Of a stretch of DNA of 64,000 nt, positions 38,377-47,771 are shown piece after piece. Origin of the DNA: Candidatus Aeolococcus gillhamiae. GTDB lineage: Bacteria > Chloroflexota > Dormibacteria > Aeolococcales > Aeolococcaceae. Below the pieces are notes generated by a model, which made no database searches, was not told the DNA's origin, and was given only the letters and a program-made list of their open reading frames with translations. Location: positions 796 to 64,795 of the forward strand of contig QHBU01000130.1 of the NCBI GenBank assembly GCA_003244045.1, read 5' to 3'. Within the stretch, counting starts at the first letter, position 1, and the number at the start of each line of letters is the position of its first letter. The position numbers and the translations under genes are program-made.

Positions 38377-39257
38377 GCGACCACCTCGTTGGCGATCCGT
38401 CCCACGCCTTCGATCTCCACCTCGCAGAGCTGCCCCGGCTGGAGCCAGGGCGGTGGCGTGCGCCCCATGGCCACGCCGGACGGCGTCCCCGTGAGGATGA
38501 TGTCGCCCGGCTCCAGCGTTGTCGCCGCGCTGCAGTGCGCGATCAGCGTGGGGATGGCGAAGATCATCAGGGCCGTGCGCGAGTCCTGGCGTGTCTCACC
38601 GTCAACGTGGCAGGTGATCCGCAGGTCCTGCGCGTCGCCCACCTCATCGCGGGTGACGATCGCCGGCCCCAGCGGGCAAAAGCCGTCGAACGACTTACCG
38701 CGCACGAACTGCCCGGTGGCCATCTGCGCGGTGCGCGCCGACACGTCGTTGGCACAGCAATAGCCGAGCACGTGGTCGAGCGCATCGGCCTCGCTGATGT
38801 CGCGCCCACGGTGGCCGATGACCACGGCCAACTCCGCCTCGTAGTCGAGGTCGTTGACGAACGATGGCCGCGGGATGGAATCGAATGGGCCGCTCACTGC
38901 CGTCGTGTACTTGACGAAGATCAACGGTTCGGCGGGGACATCGTTGCCGAGCTCGCGCGCGTGGTCGGCGTAGTTGCGGCCGATGGCGATGATCTTGCCG
39001 GGACGCGCGATCGGTGCGCCCAGGCTTTCGAGCGAATGAGCCGACAGGCCGCCGTCGAAGAGCTCATCGAGCCGCTCCGCGATAGTGCGCAACGGCCGCT
39101 CCATTGATGTCCAGTCGCGCACCAGTGAGAGCGTGTCGATGACGCCGTGCACATCGACGCGCGCGGACGCGGCGGCCTCCGCCAGCAGGGCGGCGCGGTC
39201 CCCCGACACCAGCGCGGGGGCGCGTCCCTGGCCGAGCCGGAGCGTGCCGATCCTCAC
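38373..39257 (-). CDS. fumarylacetoacetate hydrolase (FAH) family protein
   Basis: GTG 39257 lies within ORF 38373..39452, 4 nt after the upstream TAA. The sequence has KIIAIGRNYADHARE, EPLIFVKY, DYEAELAVVIG, GYCCANDVSAR, GKSFDGFCPLGP and GDIILTGTPSGV. Confidence 0.85.
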   Translation of the reverse strand: MRIGTLRLGQGRAPALVSGDRAALLAEAAASARVDVHGVIDTLSLVRDWTSMERPLRTIAERLDELFDGGLSAHSLESLGAPIARPGKIIAIGRNYADHARELGNDVPAEPLIFVKYTTAVSGPFDSIPRPSFVNDLDYEAELAVVIGHRGRDISEADALDHVLGYCCANDVSARTAQMATGQFVRGKSFDGFCPLGPAIVTRDEVGDAQDLRITCHVDGETRQDSRTALMIFAIPTLIAHCSAATTLEPGDIILTGTPSGVAMGRTPPPWLQPGQLCEVEIEGVGRIANEVVA

Positions 39258-39261
39258 GCGG

Positions 39262-39762
39262 TTACGCCTGTGATTCGATCTTCGTCCAGGCCACGTGCAT
39301 GACGTCGGCGGCGACCGATGCGGCCAACAGCGCGCTGACGTCGCGCGTGGCCTTGGGGGCATGCAGCCAGGCAATCCCCAGCGCGGTCGCTGCCCACTGG
39401 TTGAAGCAGAACGGACAGGTGAGCAGCTCGCCGATGGCGTAGCGCAGGCCATCGCCGCGCGGTGCCTCGTTGACCTCGGCGCCGTCGCCCTCCTCGACGA
39501 ACTCCGTAAAGGGGGCGCGCGCGAAGCCCGTAACCTTGTCCTTGGTGATCAGCCGGCTCAGCTTGAACGCCGCCACCGCCAGCAGCGCGCCGTCGCTCAG
39601 CGTTGGGCGCGGGATACCGCCTCGGCGCACGCCGCTGATCACCCCCACCCCGGTCACCGCCGCGTAGGTGGCGAAAAGCGCCGCGTACGGGCCGAGCTGG
39701 CGCTCGCGGCCGTAGCCGGACACGAGGCCGGCGATCGACGGGCGCTGGCGGAGGGGACGCAC
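39262..39762 (-). CDS. DUF1360-like membrane protein
   Basis: The protein is 166 aa. FKLSRLITKDKVTGFARAPFTEF...GLRYAIGELLTCPFCFNQWAA matches my recollection of the DUF1360 signature (KLSRLIT.D.vT...R.PF....G.G.....GEL..CP.C...W). Confidence 0.55.
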   Translation of the reverse strand: MRPLRQRPSIAGLVSGYGRERQLGPYAALFATYAAVTGVGVISGVRRGGIPRPTLSDGALLAVAAFKLSRLITKDKVTGFARAPFTEFVEEGDGAEVNEAPRGDGLRYAIGELLTCPFCFNQWAATALGIAWLHAPKATRDVSALLAASVAADVMHVAWTKIESQA

Positions 39763-39778
39763 CTCGCCAGCCTAGGGG

Positions 39779-40558
39779 TCAGGGACCGTCGGAGGCGTCC
39801 AAGCACGCCAGCACCTGCTCGTGGAGCAGGCCGTTGGTGGTCACCACGTTGCCGCCGTGGATCTGGTCCACACCCGCGAAATCGCTGAACCTGCCGCCGG
39901 CCTCGCAAACGATGAGCCGGACCGCGCTGACGTCCCACTCGTTGACGACCGGCTCGACCCCACAGTCGATGGCACCCTCGGCCACCAGCATGTGCGACCA
40001 GAAGTCGCCGAAGCCGCGCACCACACGGCACCCGTCCGCCAGGCGCGTGAAACCGTCCGCCCGCCCGTGGCGCGCGAAGTCGCGCACGTCGGTCACCGAC
40101 AGGGTTGCGTTCGCCAGCAGGTTGACGGTCGACACATGCAGCGGTCCGTCCTTGTCGTGGGCGCCGGCGCCGCGCACCGCCCACCACCGCCGCTCCAGCG
40201 CCGGCGCCGAGACCACCGCGCACGTCTCGTCGCCGCGGTGCTGCAGCGACAGGAGCGTTGCCCACACCGGTACGCCGCGCGCGAAGTTCTTGGTCCCATC
40301 GATGGGATCGACGATCCAGCGCCACTCGGCGTCGCCGCTCGACCCCTCCTCCTCGCCGAGCACCGCGTGGCCGGCCCGGGCCGCCTGCACCCGCTCGCGC
40401 ACCATCTGCTCGACGCGCCGATCGGCGTCGGTCACCGGGGTGTCGTCGGGCTTGGTGTCGACGCGCAGGTCGGACGCACGGAACCGCGCCATGGTGATCG
40501 CGTCGGCGAGGTCGGCCAGCTCGAGCGCCAGCGCCAGGTCGTCGGGGCGCTCAGTCAC
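39779..40558 (-). CDS. hisN: histidinol-phosphatase, IMPase family
   Basis: GTG 40558 overlaps the hisI stop by 8 nt. The sequence has PVTDADRRVE, VLGEEEG, WIVDPIDGTKNFARG and WDVSAVRLIVCEAGG. Its position as the last gene of the his operon supports the HisN assignment. Confidence 0.75.
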   Translation of the reverse strand: MTERPDDLALALELADLADAITMARFRASDLRVDTKPDDTPVTDADRRVEQMVRERVQAARAGHAVLGEEEGSSGDAEWRWIVDPIDGTKNFARGVPVWATLLSLQHRGDETCAVVSAPALERRWWAVRGAGAHDKDGPLHVSTVNLLANATLSVTDVRDFARHGRADGFTRLADGCRVVRGFGDFWSHMLVAEGAIDCGVEPVVNEWDVSAVRLIVCEAGGRFSDFAGVDQIHGGNVVTTNGLLHEQVLACLDASDGP

Positions 40559-40880
40559 CCGGCTCCAGCTCCACGACCGTGAAGAAGCAGGAGGGCTCGC
40601 CGGTGTGGCACGCGGGACCGCTTGGATGGACGCGGAGCAGCACGCTGTCGTCGTCGCAGTCGAGGCGCACCTCGATCACCGCCATGCGGTTGCCGCTGGT
40701 GGCGCCCTTCTCCCACAGCTCGCCGCGCGACCGGCTCCAGAACCACGCCTGCCCGGTGCGCAGCGTGCGGTGCCAGGCCTCGTCGTTCATGTGGGCGAGC
40801 ATCAGGACGGCGCCGGTGTCCGCGTCCTGCACCACCGCGGGCACCAGCCCGTCGCTGCCGAAGCGAGGCTGCGCGCTCAC
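40551..40880 (-). CDS. hisI: phosphoribosyl-AMP cyclohydrolase
   Basis: The protein is 109 aa and contains [39 protein letters not shown] and [10 protein letters not shown]...GPACHTG. Its GTG start overlaps the hisF TGA (GTGA). No HisE (PRA-PH) domain is attached. Confidence 0.9.
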   Translation of the reverse strand: MSAQPRFGSDGLVPAVVQDADTGAVLMLAHMNDEAWHRTLRTGQAWFWSRSRGELWEKGATSGNRMAVIEVRLDCDDDSVLLRVHPSGPACHTGEPSCFFTVVELEPGD

Positions 40881-41635
40881 AGCCGCACGTCCACGCCGGC
40901 GCCGGCAAGGTATCGCTTGGTTGCCGGGATCGGATGCGAGTCGAAGTGAAAAATCGACGCCGCCAGCGCCGCGTCGGCACCTCCCTCGGTGAGCACCGCG
41001 CGGAGGTGGTCGGGCTCGCCGGCGCCGCCGCTGGCAATGACCGCGACGGGCACCGCCGCAGCGACGGTCGCGGTCAGCTCGAGGTCATACCCGCTGACGG
41101 TGCCGTCCCTGTCCATGCTGGTGAGCAGGATCTCGCCGGCACCGCGGTCCGCCACCTCGCGGGCCCACGCGACGGCGTCACGACCGGTGTCGTGGCGGCC
41201 GCCGTGCGAGAACACGGACCAGCCCTGTCCGCTGCGTCGCGCGTCGATGGCCACCACCACGCACTGCTCGCCGAAGCGAGCGGCGGAGTCGGTGATCAGC
41301 TCGGGCCGGTCGAGCACTGCGGTGTTGAGCGACACCTTGTCGGCGCCGGCGCGCAGGAGACGATCGATGTCGTCGAGGCCGCGGACGCCGCCGCCGACGG
41401 TGAGCGGGATGAAGACGACGTCCGCGGTGCAGCGCACCGCGTCGATGAGGATGTCGCGGCTGTCGCTCGAGGCGGTGATGTCGAGGAACACGAGCTCGTC
41501 GGCGTGGTCGGCGTCGTAGCGCGCGGCCAGCTCGGCGGGGTCGCCGGCGTCCCGGAGGTCGAGGAAGTGGACGCCCTTGACGACGCGGCCGCGGACCACG
41601 TCGAGGCAGGGGATGATCCGCTTGGCCAGGCTCAC
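40877..41635 (-). CDS. hisF: imidazole glycerol phosphate synthase, cyclase subunit
   Basis: GTG 41635 overlaps the hisA TGA. The sequence has [34 protein letters not shown] and SGGAG. Confidence 0.9.
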   Translation of the reverse strand: MSLAKRIIPCLDVVRGRVVKGVHFLDLRDAGDPAELAARYDADHADELVFLDITASSDSRDILIDAVRCTADVVFIPLTVGGGVRGLDDIDRLLRAGADKVSLNTAVLDRPELITDSAARFGEQCVVVAIDARRSGQGWSVFSHGGRHDTGRDAVAWAREVADRGAGEILLTSMDRDGTVSGYDLELTATVAAAVPVAVIASGGAGEPDHLRAVLTEGGADAALAASIFHFDSHPIPATKRYLAGAGVDVRL

Positions 41636-42369
41636 GACGCTGTCCCGGCCGTGAACTGCTCGATGGCCCTGCGAAGGTCGAAAACCCCGAGATGGAGCGC
41701 CCGGCCGACGATCACCCCGGCCGCACCCGCGTCGCGGCACGCGCTGACGTCGTCGATCGTGGTCACCCCACCGCTGGCCAGCACCTCACCGCGGAATCGC
41801 TCGCACACGGTGCGCAGCGTGTCGACCGCCGGCCCCGTCAGGGTCCCGTCGCGCTCGATGGCGGTGTGCACGATCCCGGCGAGCGGCCACTCGTTCCAGC
41901 GTTCGAGGTGTTCGAGCGCATCGCCACCGCCCTCGGTCCAGCCCTGCGCGCGGGCCTCGCCGTCGCTCACGTCCAGCCCGGCCAGAACGCGCCCCGGAAA
42001 CGCAGCACACAGCGACTCGGCTGCGGCGGGATCGCGGACAGCGAGGCTGCCGATGACCACGAAGGCGGCGCCGAGGTCGAACCACCGCTGCGCGGCGGCC
42101 ATGTCACGGATCCCTCCGCCTACCTCGGCATGCGCACCGAGCTCCACGAGCGCGCTCACCGCGGCGCGGACAACGTCGGTGGAGCCGGCGTCGGGCCGGC
42201 CGCGAGCCGAGTCGAGGTCGACGATGTGCACCCGGGGGGCGCCCGCGGCGACGAACGACTGCACGAGGTCGACGGGATCCTGGTCGAAGAGCGTCTCCTG
42301 TGCGTAGTCACCACGAAGCAGACGGACCAGCTGGCCGCCGCGCACGTCGACCGACGGCATGACCAGCAC
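41632..42369 (-). CDS. hisA: ProFAR isomerase (HisA; possibly PriA-type bifunctional as in actinobacteria)
   Basis: (V)[28 protein letters not shown] and SGGV are present. GTG 42369 is preferred, with ATG 42360 as the alternative. Confidence 0.85.
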   Translation of the reverse strand: MLVMPSVDVRGGQLVRLLRGDYAQETLFDQDPVDLVQSFVAAGAPRVHIVDLDSARGRPDAGSTDVVRAAVSALVELGAHAEVGGGIRDMAAAQRWFDLGAAFVVIGSLAVRDPAAAESLCAAFPGRVLAGLDVSDGEARAQGWTEGGGDALEHLERWNEWPLAGIVHTAIERDGTLTGPAVDTLRTVCERFRGEVLASGGVTTIDDVSACRDAGAAGVIVGRALHLGVFDLRRAIEQFTAGTAS

Positions 42370-42377
42370 CGCCGCGC

Positions 42378-43022
42378 TCAGGCGCGAACCGCTGCGGCAC
42401 AGCGTGCCGCGAAGTTGGCGTACACGCGCAGCCCGGCGCTTCCGCTCTTCTCGGGATGGAACTGCGCGCCGTGGACATTGTCGTGCTCGACGACCGCCAC
42501 CAGCTCGCCGCCGTAGTCGGTCGTCGCCACCACGTCGGTGCGCTGTCCGGGGGTGACTGCGTAGGCGTGGACGAAGTACATGTACTCGCCGTCGGCGACG
42601 CCGTCGAGCAGCGTCGAGGAGCGCGTCATCGCCAGGCGGTTCCAACCGATCTGCGGGACTTTGCCTCGACTGGGGTCGATGCGCCGCACCTGGCCGGGCA
42701 ACAGGGCGAGGCCGGCACCGCCCTCACCCTCATCGCTCTCGTCGAAGAGCAGCTGGAAGCCGAGGCAGACGCCGAGCAGCGGCCGACCGCGCGCCACCAT
42801 CTCGCGGATCATCGCGTCCATGCCGCGCTCGCGGAGCGCGCCGGCCGCCACCGCGAATGCGCCCACCCCGGGGAGCACCACGCCGTCGCACCCCGCCAGC
42901 CGCTCGGGATCGTCGCTGATCACGGGGTCCGCCCCGCACGCACGCAGGGCTCGTTCGACGCTGCGCAGGTTGCCCACCCCGTAGTCGCAGATGCCGACGC
43001 GCACCGACTGGGTGACATTCAC
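42378..43022 (-). CDS. hisH: imidazole glycerol phosphate synthase, glutamine amidotransferase subunit
   Basis: The sequence has VGICDYGVGNLRSV, LPGVGAF, LGVCLGFQLL (catalytic Cys) and GAQFHPEKS. The GTG start overlaps the hisB TGA. Confidence 0.9.
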   Translation of the reverse strand: MNVTQSVRVGICDYGVGNLRSVERALRACGADPVISDDPERLAGCDGVVLPGVGAFAVAAGALRERGMDAMIREMVARGRPLLGVCLGFQLLFDESDEGEGGAGLALLPGQVRRIDPSRGKVPQIGWNRLAMTRSSTLLDGVADGEYMYFVHAYAVTPGQRTDVVATTDYGGELVAVVEHDNVHGAQFHPEKSGSAGLRVYANFAARCAAAVRA

Positions 43023-43603
43023 AGACTTCCCTTGGTGGAGGGGATGCCGACCCCGATCACGGTCAGAGCATCCCGTGTCGCCAGCCCGAGCGCTTTGAAC
43101 GCGGCCTCCGCGATGTGGTGCAGGTTGTCGCCGCGGATGAGGTCGAGGTGGAGGCTGATGCCGGCAGTCTGGGCGTAGCCGCGCACGAACTCATGGAGCA
43201 CGCTGACGTCGAAGTCGTTGATGCGCCCGTGCAGCGCGGCCATCTCATAGACCACGTGCGGCCTCTTGCTGTAGTCGAGCGCGCAGCGCACCAGCGATTC
43301 GTCCAGAGGTGCGTAGGTGTGGCCGAAGCGGGCGATTCCGGCGCGGTCGCCGAGCGCTTCCGCGACGCACGATCCCAGCACGAGCCCGGTGTCCTCGACG
43401 AGGTGGTGCGCGTCCACCTCGACGTCACCACGGCCGCTGAGTTCGACGTCCATGCCGCTGTACTTGACGAACGACTCGATCATGTGGCGGAAGAAGGGGA
43501 GGGGCAGCTCGATATTCGCCCGTCCGCTGCCCTCCACGGTCACCGTGCACTCGATGCGCGTCTCCTTGGTCTCGCGCACTGTGTGCGCGCGCCGCTCGCT
43601 CAT
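43019..43603 (-). CDS. hisB: imidazoleglycerol-phosphate dehydratase
   Basis: ATG 43603 overlaps the hisD TGA (ATGA). The sequence has RETKETRI, FFRHMIESF, DAHHLVEDTG and GDNLHHIAEAAFKALG. Confidence 0.9.
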   Translation of the reverse strand: MSERRAHTVRETKETRIECTVTVEGSGRANIELPLPFFRHMIESFVKYSGMDVELSGRGDVEVDAHHLVEDTGLVLGSCVAEALGDRAGIARFGHTYAPLDESLVRCALDYSKRPHVVYEMAALHGRINDFDVSVLHEFVRGYAQTAGISLHLDLIRGDNLHHIAEAAFKALGLATRDALTVIGVGIPSTKGSL

Positions 43604-44934
43604 CGCGCTCGCTGCCCCATGCGCAACCGGATCGCCTGCTCGTGCCCGTACAGGCCCTCGGCGGCGGCCAGCGTCACCGCCACCGGGGCCAGCGTGTCGA
43701 ACTCCTCGCGGGTGAGGTCGACGACCGACGGCCAGCGCACGAAGTCCATCACCGACAACGGTCCCCGATAGCGCGCTGCGCCCTGCGTCGGCAGCGTGTG
43801 GTTGGGGCCGGCGACGTAGTCGCCCATGGACACCGGCGACAGCGCGCCGCAGAACACCGCGCCGGCGCCACGGACCCGGTCGCGCAGCGCCTCGGCTGCG
43901 CCTCCCTGAAGCGAGAGGTGCTCGGGTGCGAAGGCGCGCACCATCGGCAGCGCGCTCTCTAGGTCGTCGACAACCACCACGGCGCCGTGCCTGCCGGCGG
44001 AGTCGGCGATGATCCCGGCCCGCGCCGCGGCCGGTGCAACGCGGTCGAAGCTCGCCTTGACTGCGTCTGCGAGCGCGCTGCTGTCCGTGATGCAGACCGC
44101 CCACGCCAGCGGGTCATGCTCGAGTTGGGAGACGAGGTCGGCAGCGATGTCGTCGGGGTCGGCGCCCTCGGACGCCAGCACCATGATCTCGCTCGGCCCG
44201 GCGAGCTGGTCGATGTCGACGGCGCCGAACACCTCGCGCTTAGCCAGCGTGACGTAGAGGTTGCCCGGTCCAACCACCTTGTCGACGGCGGTGATCGTCC
44301 CCGTCCCGTAGGCGAGGGCGGCGATCGCCTGGGCGCCGCCGATGGCGTGCACCTCGTCGACCCCGAGCAGGTGCGCCGCCGCGGCGACGAGCGGGTGGAC
44401 GGTGCCGACGAGCGTCGCCGGACTGGTGATCGCGATCGACTCCACGCCGGCCTCCTGCGCGGGAATGACGCTCATGAGCACGGTGCTCGGGTACGCGGCG
44501 CGGCCGCCGGGCACGTAGCAGCCGACGCGGCGCAGCGGTTCGGGGCGCAGGCAGAGCCGCGGCTCTCCGCGCAGGCGCGCGTCCACCTGGAGCGCGTGGA
44601 AACTGCGCAGGCGGTCGGCCGCCGCGCTCAGCGCGTCGCGGAGCGGCGCGTCGAGGTCATCCCAGCAGCTCCGCATCCACGCGGGGTCGGCGCGAGAACC
44701 CTCGACGTGGGCGCTGTCGAGCTTTTCGGTCCACTCCACGACCGCGGCGTCACCGCGATCGCGCACGTCGGCGACGATCTCGCGCACCGCGTCGACCGCC
44801 GCGATGCTCCGCCCAAACAGGCCGCGCAGCCGCTCCGCGGCGGCAGCGTCGGGCTCGGGGATGGTGAAGCGCCGCTCCGCCCCGCCCGCGTGCGCCTGCC
44901 ACTGCTCGCGCGTCAGCACCGGCAGCGCGGTCAC
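43600..44934 (-). CDS. hisD: histidinol dehydrogenase
   Basis: The protein is 444 aa and contains VGCYVPGGRAAYPSTVLM, AIGGAQAIAALAYGT, KVVGPGNLYV, AGPSE, APEHL and DYVAGPNHTLPT. The GTG start overlaps the upstream TGA. Confidence 0.9.
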   Translation of the reverse strand: MTALPVLTREQWQAHAGGAERRFTIPEPDAAAAERLRGLFGRSIAAVDAVREIVADVRDRGDAAVVEWTEKLDSAHVEGSRADPAWMRSCWDDLDAPLRDALSAAADRLRSFHALQVDARLRGEPRLCLRPEPLRRVGCYVPGGRAAYPSTVLMSVIPAQEAGVESIAITSPATLVGTVHPLVAAAAHLLGVDEVHAIGGAQAIAALAYGTGTITAVDKVVGPGNLYVTLAKREVFGAVDIDQLAGPSEIMVLASEGADPDDIAADLVSQLEHDPLAWAVCITDSSALADAVKASFDRVAPAAARAGIIADSAGRHGAVVVVDDLESALPMVRAFAPEHLSLQGGAAEALRDRVRGAGAVFCGALSPVSMGDYVAGPNHTLPTQGAARYRGPLSVMDFVRWPSVVDLTREEFDTLAPVAVTLAAAEGLYGHEQAIRLRMGQRAR

Positions 44935-46583
44935 ATTCCCCGCTCCTCGACGGTGCGGCGCAACGTGGTGGCCAGCGCGGTGATGGCGGCGCTGCGCGTC
45001 TTCATCGAGGCCACGTTGACCACCAGGCGGGCGGTGGAGGTGGCGATGGTGGCCACCTCGCAGAGCCGGTTGGCGCGCAGCGTGGCGCCAGTGGCGACGA
45101 GATCGACGATGCCATCGGACAGGCCGGCGGACGGTGCCAGCTCCACGGAGCCGTGCAGGCGGATGAGCTCGGCGCCGTCACCGCGGCCCGCGAAGAACCG
45201 CCGCGCCGCCTGCGGGTACTTGGTGGCCACGCGCAGCGCCGCCGGCCAGCTGCCGCCCGCCAGCGCCGACCCCTCCGGGGCGGCGAGCACCAGCCGGCAC
45301 ACACCGAAGCGCAGGTCGGCGAGCTCGTACAGCTCGCGGCGCGACTCCCAGAGCACGTCCTTGCCGACGATACCGCAGTCGCACGCCCCCATCTCCACGT
45401 ACACCGGCACGTCTGTGGGGCGCACGGTGATGACCTCGTGGTCGCCGACGTCGAGATGGAGGCGGCGTTCGAAGGACTCCGGGCGCAGCTCGGGCGCGAC
45501 GCCCGACTCGCGCAGCAGGGCGCAGGCGTCGGTCAGCAGCGCCCCGGTGGGCACCGCGATGCGCAACCCTTCTCCGGCGCGCGGCGTCGCCGACTCACGG
45601 CGGCGGGTGATCGCGTCGTGGCAGCGATCGGCGTGGACCACGAAGCCGGTGGCCGGCTGGACCAGCCCGAAGCGCTCGAGCAGGGAGTCGTACCGTCCGC
45701 CCGCGCCGAGCGGGAAGCCCACGTCTCCGCTGAACAACTCGAAGGTGGGCCCGGTGTAGTAGTTCCAGTCGCGGACTGCGCCGAGGTCGAGGTGGACGCG
45801 GTCCTCGAGGCGGCGCTCGCGGAGCAGCTCCCACAGCCGGGCGAGCTCGTCGAGCGCGCGCAGCGGCTGCTCCGCGGTCAGGCCCGCGCGAGCCTGCTCG
45901 AGCAGCTCGCGGCCGCCGCGCAGCGCCGGGAAGCGGAGCAGGAGCGCGTGCTCCGCCGGGCCGAGCGCGGTGGCCGCCAGGGCTCGCTCGACCGCCACGA
46001 GGTCGCGCGCGGCCAGCGCTGCGCCGATCTCCTCGCGTGCGGCGGCGCCCACCCCCGCGCCTGCGAGGAGGGCGGGGAGGAAGGCGGCGTGGCCGACGTC
46101 CACCTGGATGTCGGTCACCCCGGCGGCGTCGACGGCGGCGATCGCCAGGGCGATGCACTCGGCGTCGGCGCCGAAGTCGGCGTCGCCGACCAGCTCGCAG
46201 CCTGCCTGCACCGCCTCGCGGCGCCGTCCGCCCAGCAGGGTGCGATTGCGCACCACCGGGCCCGCGTAGCAGAGGCGCATTGGGAAGGGGCCGTGACGCA
46301 GCTGCGCGGCCACGGTGCGGGCCACGCTCACGGTTCGCTCGCCGACCAGCGCGAGCATGCTGCCGTCGGCGTCCATGAAGCGGAACAGCTCATCGCCGGC
46401 GTCTGGTCCGAGCCCGCGCTCGATGGTCTGCGCGTACTCGACCGTGGGCGTGTCGATGAGCTCGTAGCCGGCGGCTTCGAACGTCCCCACCAGGGCGCCC
46501 GTCAGCGCCCGCCGTGCGGAGGCTGCGCCGGGCAGCCAGTCGCCGAATCCGCCTGGCCGCGCGGCGGCGCCGTGTGCTGTCAT
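44931..46583 (-). CDS. hisZ-hisG: single uninterrupted ORF encoding HisZ (HisRS-like regulatory subunit, ~339 aa) fused in frame to short-form ATP phosphoribosyltransferase HisG (~211 aa)
   Basis: ATG 46583 gives MTAHGAA..FGDWLPGAASARRAL..FEAAGYELIDTPTVEY..RLCYAGPVVR..NYYTGPTFELF..GGRYDSLL (HisZ). With no stop, the frame continues into (L)RIAVPTGALLTDACALL...VEMGACDCGIVGKDVL...KYP...LHGSVELAP..GLSDGIVDLVATGATLRAN (HisG_S). An internal TTG at 45566 preceded by GGAGAAGGG could also start HisG independently. Confidence 0.8.
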   Translation of the reverse strand: MTAHGAAARPGGFGDWLPGAASARRALTGALVGTFEAAGYELIDTPTVEYAQTIERGLGPDAGDELFRFMDADGSMLALVGERTVSVARTVAAQLRHGPFPMRLCYAGPVVRNRTLLGGRRREAVQAGCELVGDADFGADAECIALAIAAVDAAGVTDIQVDVGHAAFLPALLAGAGVGAAAREEIGAALAARDLVAVERALAATALGPAEHALLLRFPALRGGRELLEQARAGLTAEQPLRALDELARLWELLRERRLEDRVHLDLGAVRDWNYYTGPTFELFSGDVGFPLGAGGRYDSLLERFGLVQPATGFVVHADRCHDAITRRRESATPRAGEGLRIAVPTGALLTDACALLRESGVAPELRPESFERRLHLDVGDHEVITVRPTDVPVYVEMGACDCGIVGKDVLWESRRELYELADLRFGVCRLVLAAPEGSALAGGSWPAALRVATKYPQAARRFFAGRGDGAELIRLHGSVELAPSAGLSDGIVDLVATGATLRANRLCEVATIATSTARLVVNVASMKTRSAAITALATTLRRTVEERGM

Positions 46584-46617
46584 CCGCGACAGTGTACGGA
46601 CGGCCGTGCGACAGGCC

Positions 46618-47649
46618 TCACCCCAGCGCGGCGATGAGAGCGTCGTTCTCGGCCACGTTGCCGACGGTGATGCGCACGCTGCCCCGGTCCGGCGTCGCGA
46701 AGCAGCGCACCAGGACGCGCCTGTCGCGGAGCTGCGCTGTGGCCTCCGCGGCCGTGCCGGTGGGCGGCACCGCGCACACGAAGTTGGCATGCGACGGCGT
46801 CACCACCCAGCCACGATCGGCCAGCGCGGTGCTTATGCGGGCCCGTTCGGCGACCACCTGCTCGACGAGACGGCGATGGTGGTCGATGTCCTCAAGGGCG
46901 GCCAAGGCCCCGGCAACGGCGCAGCGATCAACGGGGTAGGACTCGCCGACGGCGCTGAGATCGGCGATCAGCGCCGCGTTGCCCACGGCGTAGCCGACCC
47001 GCAACCCCGCCAGCGCGTACGACTTGGAGAAGGTGCGCAGCACGACCCAGCTTGGACGATCGGCGAGCAACGGGATGCAGGAGCTCGGCGCGAAGTCGCA
47101 ATAGGCCTCGTCGATCACCAGCACGCCCGGGGTGTGCTCGAGGTCACCCGCCAGCTGCTCGGGCTCCCACCATGTGCCGGTCGGGGTGTTGGGGTTGACG
47201 AGGAAGCGCAGTGGCGCGTCCATGGTCGCGAACTCGGCGGGCACGCGACGGTCGCCGTCGAGCTCGACCTGCCCGGTGCGCGCCCCGTGGAGCTGCGCCG
47301 CCACAGGCAGAAGCGAGTAGGTGGGTTCGGTGAGCAGCACGGTCGCACCCGGTTCGCAGAACGCGCGCAAGCAGTCGTTGATGAGCGCGTCCGCGCCGTT
47401 GCCCACCACCACCTGTGACGGTTCGACGCGGTGGTGGTCCGCCAGCGCGCTGCGCAGCGGCTCGGCATCGGGATTGGGATAGCGGTTGAGGTTGGAGGCC
47501 GCCGCGCTCACCGCCGCCGCGACACGTGGTGACGGCGGCAGCGGGGATTCGTTCGTGTTGAGCTTGACCCACGCGGTGCCGTCGGCCGGCTGCTCGCCGG
47601 GCACGTAGCCGAAACCGGCGCCGAGCGAGGGGCGCAGGAACCGGGACAT
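46618..47649 (-). CDS. hisC: histidinol-phosphate aminotransferase
   Basis: The protein is 343 aa and contains KLNTNESP, YPNPDAEPLR, VGNGADALI, NPNTPTG, IDEAY and RTFSKSYALAGLRVGY (PLP Lys). Confidence 0.9.
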   Translation of the reverse strand: MSRFLRPSLGAGFGYVPGEQPADGTAWVKLNTNESPLPPSPRVAAAVSAAASNLNRYPNPDAEPLRSALADHHRVEPSQVVVGNGADALINDCLRAFCEPGATVLLTEPTYSLLPVAAQLHGARTGQVELDGDRRVPAEFATMDAPLRFLVNPNTPTGTWWEPEQLAGDLEHTPGVLVIDEAYCDFAPSSCIPLLADRPSWVVLRTFSKSYALAGLRVGYAVGNAALIADLSAVGESYPVDRCAVAGALAALEDIDHHRRLVEQVVAERARISTALADRGWVVTPSHANFVCAVPPTGTAAEATAQLRDRRVLVRCFATPDRGSVRITVGNVAENDALIAALG

Positions 47650-47771
47650 GGTCAGCTGGCCGAACCGTCTGTCATCGGCGCAGTCTACGAAGCGGGCGCG
47701 GCGCGGCCGCCGGGGCTCACGCTATCCTCGCGCGACTCCGCAGACGACGAATCCGGGGAGGCCTTGGCGCT

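Noticed and set aside
35441-40558. Two IMPase-family genes 3.5 kb apart as a recent duplication
   Set aside because: The proteins share family motifs but are clearly diverged over their whole length. They are ordinary paralogs (HisN vs another IMPase-type phosphatase), not a recent repeat.
40622-46637. Long + strand ORFs across the his operon (40622..42307, 43987..45759, 45153..46637 and others)
   Set aside because: They are antisense to nine well-supported his genes, and their translations are Arg/Ala/Gly-rich without motifs.
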